Origin: Macrostomum lignano | Taxonomy: Eukaryota | Direction: 5' to 3' | Assembly (NCBI GenBank): GCA_002269645.1 | Contig: NIVC01000008.1 | Location: forward strand, 1-64,000 | DNA length: 64,000 nt | In this document: piece after piece, positions 57,907-64,000 of the stretch | Layout of the letters: each line of letters begins with the position of its first letter | Position numbering within the stretch: position 1 is the stretch's first letter | Program-made: the position numbers and the translations under genes | The notes under the pieces: generated by a model | Database searches by the model: none | What the model was told of the DNA's origin: nothing | Seen by the model: the letters and a program-made list of their open reading frames with translations, nothing else

Positions 57907-58614
57907 GATGACGCCTTTTCAGTTTCGGCAATGAGTATGAAGGATTAAAGCATTTTTAATCGAAGTTTAAAAAAAATTTCTGCTGCAAGAGTGACGATTT
58001 GTCGGCCTGAGCAATTAAGTCTATGGTAAAAGTGATTGGCATTCTAAAAATAGCATCTGTCACAGGAATTGCTGAACTAAGCAATGCAACCTCATATTCA
58101 GAACTGATGTGAAAGAGGGTGCTAAGCCAAGAAACTCGTGAAAACTTCATTGCTGAGAATGGAAAGATGCAGTTTTTTCCATATACGAGTACTATGTCGC
58201 CGGAGGCATCTGGGTGCCCGCAGCCTCTCTGCTTGATAATTCACTAGACTTGCGCTTTCTGCTTGAGTTGTGAATTCTGAATGAATACAAAAACACCTCA
58301 TCCAGATGCCAGCTTTCCCAGATCTAAAATTAGAGCGGAGTTCTTTTGTTTGAATCGACAGCTGAAATTTAAATTACTTCTCAATAATTCTTTCTCAAAT
58401 ATTGTCAAAGAAAAGTAGAGTTTTGGGGCCTGCAAAAGCAGAAAACACCCATTTTGAATCCTTAATGACAGACCCATCTTTGATGAGGAATATCTTTGAG
58501 TAAGTTGTACCTGTAGCCAGAGGCTGCGTCACAGAGCGTGTATAAATATGCATCTTGTGTCTGTGGACGGTGTTAACGGTTGCCGAGTTCAAGTATAGCC
58601 ACTAGCTGAGCAGA

Positions 58615-61600
58615 ATGCAAAAATTCAAGTTTGATATTTTCTTGATGTCATGCGTTTTAGCCTGCATCAATATTCAAGGTAAGACTAAAGGCAAAAATGA
58701 CTTCTTGGTCAAAAGCACTGAGTAGCCTCGCCTGTTAGACAGTAGCCTCACCTGTTAGACAGTAGCCTCACCTGTTAGACAGTAGCCTCACCTGTTAGAC
58801 AGTAGCCTCACCTGTTAGACAGTAGCCTCACCTGTTAGACAGTAGCCTCACCTGTTAGACAGTAGCCTAACCTGTTAGACAGTAGCCTCACCTGTTAGAC
58901 AGTAGCCTCACCTGTTAGACAGTAGCCTCACCTGTTAGACAGTAGCCTCACCTGTTAGACAGTAGCCTCACCTGTTAGACAGTAGCCTCACCTGTTAGAC
59001 AGTAGCCTCACCTGTTAGACAGTAGCCTCACCTGTTAGACAGTAGCCTAACCTGTTAGACAGTAGCCTCACCTGTTAGACAGTAGCCTCACCTGTTAGAT
59101 AGTAGCCTCATCTGTTAGACAGTAGCCTCACCTGTTTGACAGTAGCCTCACCTGTTAGACAGTAGCCTCACCTGTTAGATAGTAGCCTCATCTGTTAGAC
59201 AGTAGCCTCACCTGTTAGACAGTAGCCTCACCTGTTTGACAGTAGCCTCACCTGTTTGACAGTAGCCTCACCTGTTAGATAGTAGCCTCATCTGTTAGAT
59301 AGTAGCCTCATCTGTTTGACAGTAGCCTCACCTGTTTGACAGTAGCCTCACCTGTTAGATAGTAGCCTCATCTGTTAGATAGTAGCCTCCTCTGTTAGAC
59401 AGTAGCCTCACCTGTTAGATAGTAGCCTCCTCTGTTAGACAGTAGCCCCGCCAACTGACTGCCACCACAATTCCTCAAGCCTCAGCCGCGGCCACCTCGG
59501 TTGTCCACTTCGATGCAGTCCAGCCAGCAGAGCCGGCGGCAGGCGGCAGCTGCACACCGCCAGCTGCATCATCGTCAATCAACGGCAGCTGCCTTCGGTG
59601 CGCCGCGGCGGCAGCAGTTCGCCGAGCTCACTACCTCCGCTGTGGTGCCGGCGAGACCGGCTGCTTCCTGGCGGACGCGCCGCTGTGTGCGGGCGCTGAC
59701 GGGCGGGTCTATCGGAGACGGTCGGGTGAGCAGACTGATGGGGCGGCGGTCGGGTTTTAGCTGTAAAATTTGGAATAAAATACATATCGGTTGTTAGAAA
59801 AACAAGGACTTACGCTCGCCGTCAGGGATTCTTAAATGTAGTTTAAGAACCAGAACCAGAACCAGCACCAGGGGCGCCAGCACCAGGGGGCGCCAGCACC
59901 AGGGGGCGCCAGCACCAGGGGGCGCCAGCACCAGGGGGCGCCAGCACCAGGGGGCGCCAGCACCAGGGGGCGCCAGCACCAGGGGGCGCCAGCACCAGGG
60001 GGCGCCAGCACCAGGGGGCGCCAGCACCAGGGGCGCCAGCACCAGGGGGCGCCAGCACCAGGGGGCGCCAGCACCAGGGGGCGCCAGCACCAGGGGGCGC
60101 CAGCACCAGGGGGCGCCAGCACCAGGGGGCGCCAGCACCAGGGGGCGCCAGCACCAGGGGGCGCCAGCACCAGGGGGCGCCAGCACCAGGGGGCGCCAGC
60201 ACCAGGGGGCGCCAGCACCAGGGGGCGCCAGCACCAGGGGCGCCAGCACCAGGGGGCGCCAGCACCAGGGGGCGCCAGCACCAGGGGGCGCCAGCACCAG
60301 GGGGCGCCAGCACCAGGGGGCGCCAGCACCAGGGGGCGCCAGCACCAGGGGGCGCCAGCACCAGGGGGCGCCAGCACCAGGGGGCGCCAGCACCAGGGGG
60401 CGCCAGCACCAGGGGGCGCCAGCACCAGGGGGCGCCAGCACCAGGGGGCGCCAGCACCAGGGGGCGCCAGCACCAGGGGGCGCCAGCACCAGGGGGCGCC
60501 AGCACCAGGGGGCGCCAGCACCAGGGGGCGCCAGCACCAGGGGGCGCCAGCACCAGGGGGCGCCAGCACCAGGGGGCGCCAGCACCAGGGGGCGCCAGCA
60601 CCAGGGGGCGCCAGCACCAGGGGGCGCCAGCACCAGGGGGCGCCAGCACCAGGGGCAACAGGTATCAGGGGTGCTTTTCCAGATATATATATCAGATACG
60701 TGTGCATATATAGTCACGCTATACCATTAATTTCAAGTTCCTACATGTACATTCGAAATATTTTTTGGACAAAATCGGAAAATCCAGCGGGTCCGGAGAC
60801 CTTCGGCTACGAGGCTGTTGTCGACAGCGGCCAGCGCTTCTGGGTGTTCCAGCAGAGACGGAGCGGCCGGGTCGACTTTGCCAGAAACTGGACCGACTAT
60901 GAGACAGGCTTCGGGACTGCGGACGACTTTTGGAGCGGTTAGTCAGCAATTTTACCCCTCACCACTCCATTAGTGTACGAGTACACTCCTCACCCCCCAT
61001 CAATGTACACTCCTCACCATTTATCAAATGTACACTCCTCACCATTTATCAAATATCCACTCCTCACCACTCATCAATGTACACTCATCAATGTACACTC
61101 CTCACCACTCATCAATGTACACTCCTCACCACTCATCAATGTACACTCCTCACCACTCATCAATGTACACTCCTCACCACCCCATCAATGTACACTCCTC
61201 ACCACTCATCAATGTACACTCCTCACCACTCATCAATGTATACTCCTCACCACTCATCAATGTACACTCCTCACCACTCATCAATGTACACTCCTCACCA
61301 TTTATCAAATGTCCACTCCTCACCACCCCATCAATGTACACTCCTCACCACTCATCAATGTACACTCCTCACCACCCCATCAATGTACACTCCTCACCAC
61401 TCATCAATGTACACTCCTCACCACTCATCAATGTACACTCCTCACCACTCATCAATGTACACTCCTCACCGCTCATCAATGTACACTCCTCACCACTCAT
61501 CAATGTACACTCCTCACCACTCATCAATGTACACTCCTCACCACTCATCAATGTATACTCCTCACCACTCATCAATGTACACTCCTCACCACTCATCAAT

Positions 61601-62252
61601 GTACACTCCTCACCATTTATCAAATGTCCACTCCTCACCACCCCATCAATGTACACTCCTCACCACTCATCAATGTACACTCCTCACCACTCATCAATGT
61701 ACACTCCTCACCACTCATCAATGTACACTCCTCACCGCTCATCAATGTACACTCCTCACCACTCATCAATGTACACTCCTCACCACTCATCAATGTACAC
61801 TTCTCACCACCGCTCAAAGTGCAGGTCTGCTGTCGGTCTCCACTCGCACTCAGCCGTACGGCAGTCGCCGCCTTCGCATGGAGATGACAACATTCGACCG
61901 GACCTTCCTGGTGGCCGAGTGGTCGGGCTTCTCTGTGGAGGACGCCAGCACCAACTACCGCATGAACTACTCGGCCTACCTGCCCGACAAGTCCAACATC
62001 AGCGGCGACACCCTGACGAACCACAATGGCATGCAGTTCTCAACTCTGGACAGGGACAATGACATTTCCAATGGCAAGTGCTCCCAACTGTGGGGCGGCG
62101 GCGGCTTCTGGTTCCAGCAGTGCCTCAGCTGCAACCCGAACGGCCCGTATTCGGCCACCAACAGGACCGGCGAGGAGGAGTTCATGGCCTGCCTGCACGT
62201 GAAGAACTGGATGTCGCTGCTAGAGATTCGAATGATGCTGAGCACCGATTGA
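58615..62252 (+). CDS. Secreted fibrinogen-related (FReD) protein with a Cys-rich N-terminal module, 295 aa; exons 58615-58678, 59480-59725, 60788-60937, 61825-62252
   Basis: Signal peptide ...SCVLACINIQASAAA; FBG motifs VFQQRRSGRVDFARNWTDYETGFG, FSTLDRDND and GGFWFQQCLSCNPNG; three phase-1 introns (888 nt). Confidence 0.85.
58721..59447. repeat. 20-bp minisatellite (AGTAGCCTCACCTGTTAGAC)n in FReD intron 1
   Basis: Direct, about 36 copies. Confidence 0.97.
59862..60657. repeat. 16-bp GC-rich minisatellite (CCAGGGGGCGCCAGCA)n in FReD intron 2
   Basis: Direct, about 50 copies. Confidence 0.97.
60955..61812. repeat. 24-bp minisatellite (CAATGTACACTCCTCACCACTCAT)n in FReD intron 3
   Basis: Direct. 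Confidence 0.96.
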
Positions 62253-62329
62253 GCAAGGAGGACAACTCAATTAGAGTACTCAAGTAACATAAAGGATACT
62301 ACGAGATAGCAATAATTTTATCTATCCAT

Positions 62330-62400
62330 AGTGCTGCTAGTCTAGTGGGGAGCGCAGTCTTGCAAGTTAAGCAGGGTTGGCTGCGGTTAGTACGCAATCG
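62330..62400 (+). mobile_element. tRNA-A-box/5S-rRNA-derived SINE-like fragment
   Basis: TAGTCTAGTGG A-box-like motif, then 62358-62393 matches 28/36 nt of the metazoan 5S box-A/intermediate region. Confidence 0.5.
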
Positions 62401-62654
62401 CAGCGGGTTAGGCGTACTTTTTATATTTTATATTTTTAACGAATCACAAAAGCGTAAGCCAGTCAAGCGTTCCGTACATTTATGTCAAGAATATGCCAGC
62501 TCTTTAAAAATGTACAATTAATTAAAACTAGTTTTTACGTCAATATTTAACTTATTCAACTTAACTAAATATCGCCAAGTGTCCACGAGTCCACGCTTAC
62601 GTGTAATTGCTTAAAAATACTTGTCAAATAATGAAATTAAAATCAAATAATGCG

Positions 62655-63700
62655 AAAGCGCGTTCTGGAAATGAAGATTACCGGATGGCCTTCTTGTGTC
62701 AGGACACAAGCCAGGTGCCCCTTGATGTGTCCGTTGTCAACGTGACCTCCTCTTGTGAGTAAGGTTGCACTACAGGTCTCATGGAGATTTACTTTTTAAA
62801 GATTGAGTACAGTCCTCCGACCAGATTAAGGGGGTGGCTTGCCTAGACGGTTTAATATGGCGCACCTTTGGATGAAAATTCAGGAACGAAGCGTCCAAAA
62901 ATTGAACAGCCCCAAAAACTTCTCGACCTCGCTTTTCGAACTCGGAAGGGGGTGGATATATGACGGATCTTTTCCATCAGCTTGTCATCGGGCCAGATCC
63001 CAGCCGCCGAAATTTTGAAGCCAAGGAAAGCACTCGTAATCTCGTCGAATGCACTGTTTTAACTGCCGCTGACCTTCTTCTCTGCATTCAGTCTCGTCTC
63101 AACACCGAGGTCAGTCGCTTACAAAGCGAGTCGGCATTCTCAGCAAAAAGAAGAACATCATCCTGATAAATAAATTTTCCTTTTAGATTGGCCAGGATGC
63201 TCTCCATCGCCCTTGGAATATAAATAAACCATTTTTCATGCCCATCTATCTGCAGTTGCTAAACTCGGTTGAATCCGCGTGGGTGTTGCTGTTTGAAATC
63301 TCCTGTGCGTCCTCCTCAAAAGCAATTTTCAAGTAAGCCAATCTTTAGGTCTACCTTTTTTCAAACTTCTTAGCGTTCTTATAAGCTTGGCAAACAGATG
63401 CTCAGTAGATGGAATGGGGTACGACTCCAACTTTATCTTTGCATTTACATGGTTGACCATGCAATAGTCCGCGCATATCCTGAGCGAACTATCGGATTTC
63501 TTAAGCCCATAGGCGTAGGAACGGGAGGGAGGACAGTGGGGCCATGGGCCCCCACATTTCTAATCGTTCCTACGCTTATGCTTAAGCCCTACACCACGGG
63601 AGAATGAAGCGTTAGTTACCGGTCCTTCCACTGGCTCAATGAGTTTAATGAGTCTTAATCTAAAAGTTACGTCAATATACTCCAGTCGTCCGTGACTAGA
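62655..63700 (-). mobile_element. Ty3/Gypsy pol relic (RT plus RNase H N-terminus), frameshifted
   Basis: LIEPV...LKKSDSSLRICADY...YPIPSTEHLFAKL...DLK-AY...FQ/RAMESILANLKGKFIYQDDVLLF (YQDD at 63157-63168)...FLGFKISAAGIWPD...FLGLFNF/GRFVPEFS...TTDTS...LACVLTQEGHPVIFISR. Confidence 0.88.
63508..63580. mobile_element. 73-bp hAT-type MITE with 16-bp TIRs and a perfect 8-bp TSD CTTAAGCC
   Basis: CATAGGCGTAGGAACG ... CGTTCCTACGCTTATG (15/16 match); TSD at 63500-63507 and 63581-63588; removing it restores the RT frame. Confidence 0.92.
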
Positions 63701-64000
63701 CATCTCGATTCTAATTATCAAAATAACCAAAAACAGACACAGTGCCAAAATATGTTTGATGCAATTCAAAAAAACTGTAAATACGAGTATATCAAGCAAG
63801 AGATTCAAAGCCAGTTTTATTTCCTCTGGATAAAAAAGAATAGAATAAAAATCTATCACTATTGCGCAACTAAGCTACAAAACACCAAATCCAAGGCCAC
63901 AGTGTAAGCTGGTACAGTAAGCTATATATAGAGTGAAAAAAATGCAGCAGCCAAAACGGGTGCCGTAAGATCAACAGCTTCACCAAAACTAACTCAATGC

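Noticed and set aside
58721-59447. 20-mer array as a second tandem-acceptor array (CAGTAG|CC)
   Set aside because: Its AG gives phase 0 while exon 1 ends in phase 1; the acceptor at 59479 fits and completes the signal peptide
59794-62062. ORFs over the 16-bp and 24-bp arrays
   Set aside because: Intronic repeats of the FReD gene; only 61825-62252 is coding

Overview
Eukaryotic (animal) genomic DNA, gene-dense and very rich in micro- and minisatellites. GC3-rich exons, short introns and locus-specific minisatellites suggest a flatworm such as Macrostomum; this is inference, not shown by the sequence. I reconstructed ten protein-coding genes by hand, with splice phases checked. They are: an intronless Syt7-like double-C2 protein (+), a secreted protein with two IL-17/PTTH-like cystine-knot modules (+), PDI (-), a Tctex-1-domain protein with about 50 Cys-containing decapeptide repeats (-), the PP2A catalytic subunit with a GC-AG first intron (-), a Gln-rich coiled-coil/NHL-like protein (-), a 14-exon IRAG/LRMP(MRVI1)-family tail-anchored protein (+), an HSE-driven hsp70 nested antisense in intron 6 of that gene (-), a 180-aa orphan (-) and a fibrinogen-related secreted protein (+). 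There are also about 25 tandem-repeat arrays, several MITEs with TIRs/TSDs, Gypsy and possible Penelope relics, and a tRNA/5S-like SINE fragment. The most striking observations are a minisatellite made of 12 in-frame tandem copies of a 3' splice site, the nested hsp70 next to an RFX X-box internal promoter, the tandem IL-17-like precursor and the repeat-expanded Tctex protein. Most long ORFs in the supplied track are repeat or antisense artefacts. Family assignments come from remembered motifs; no database search was run.
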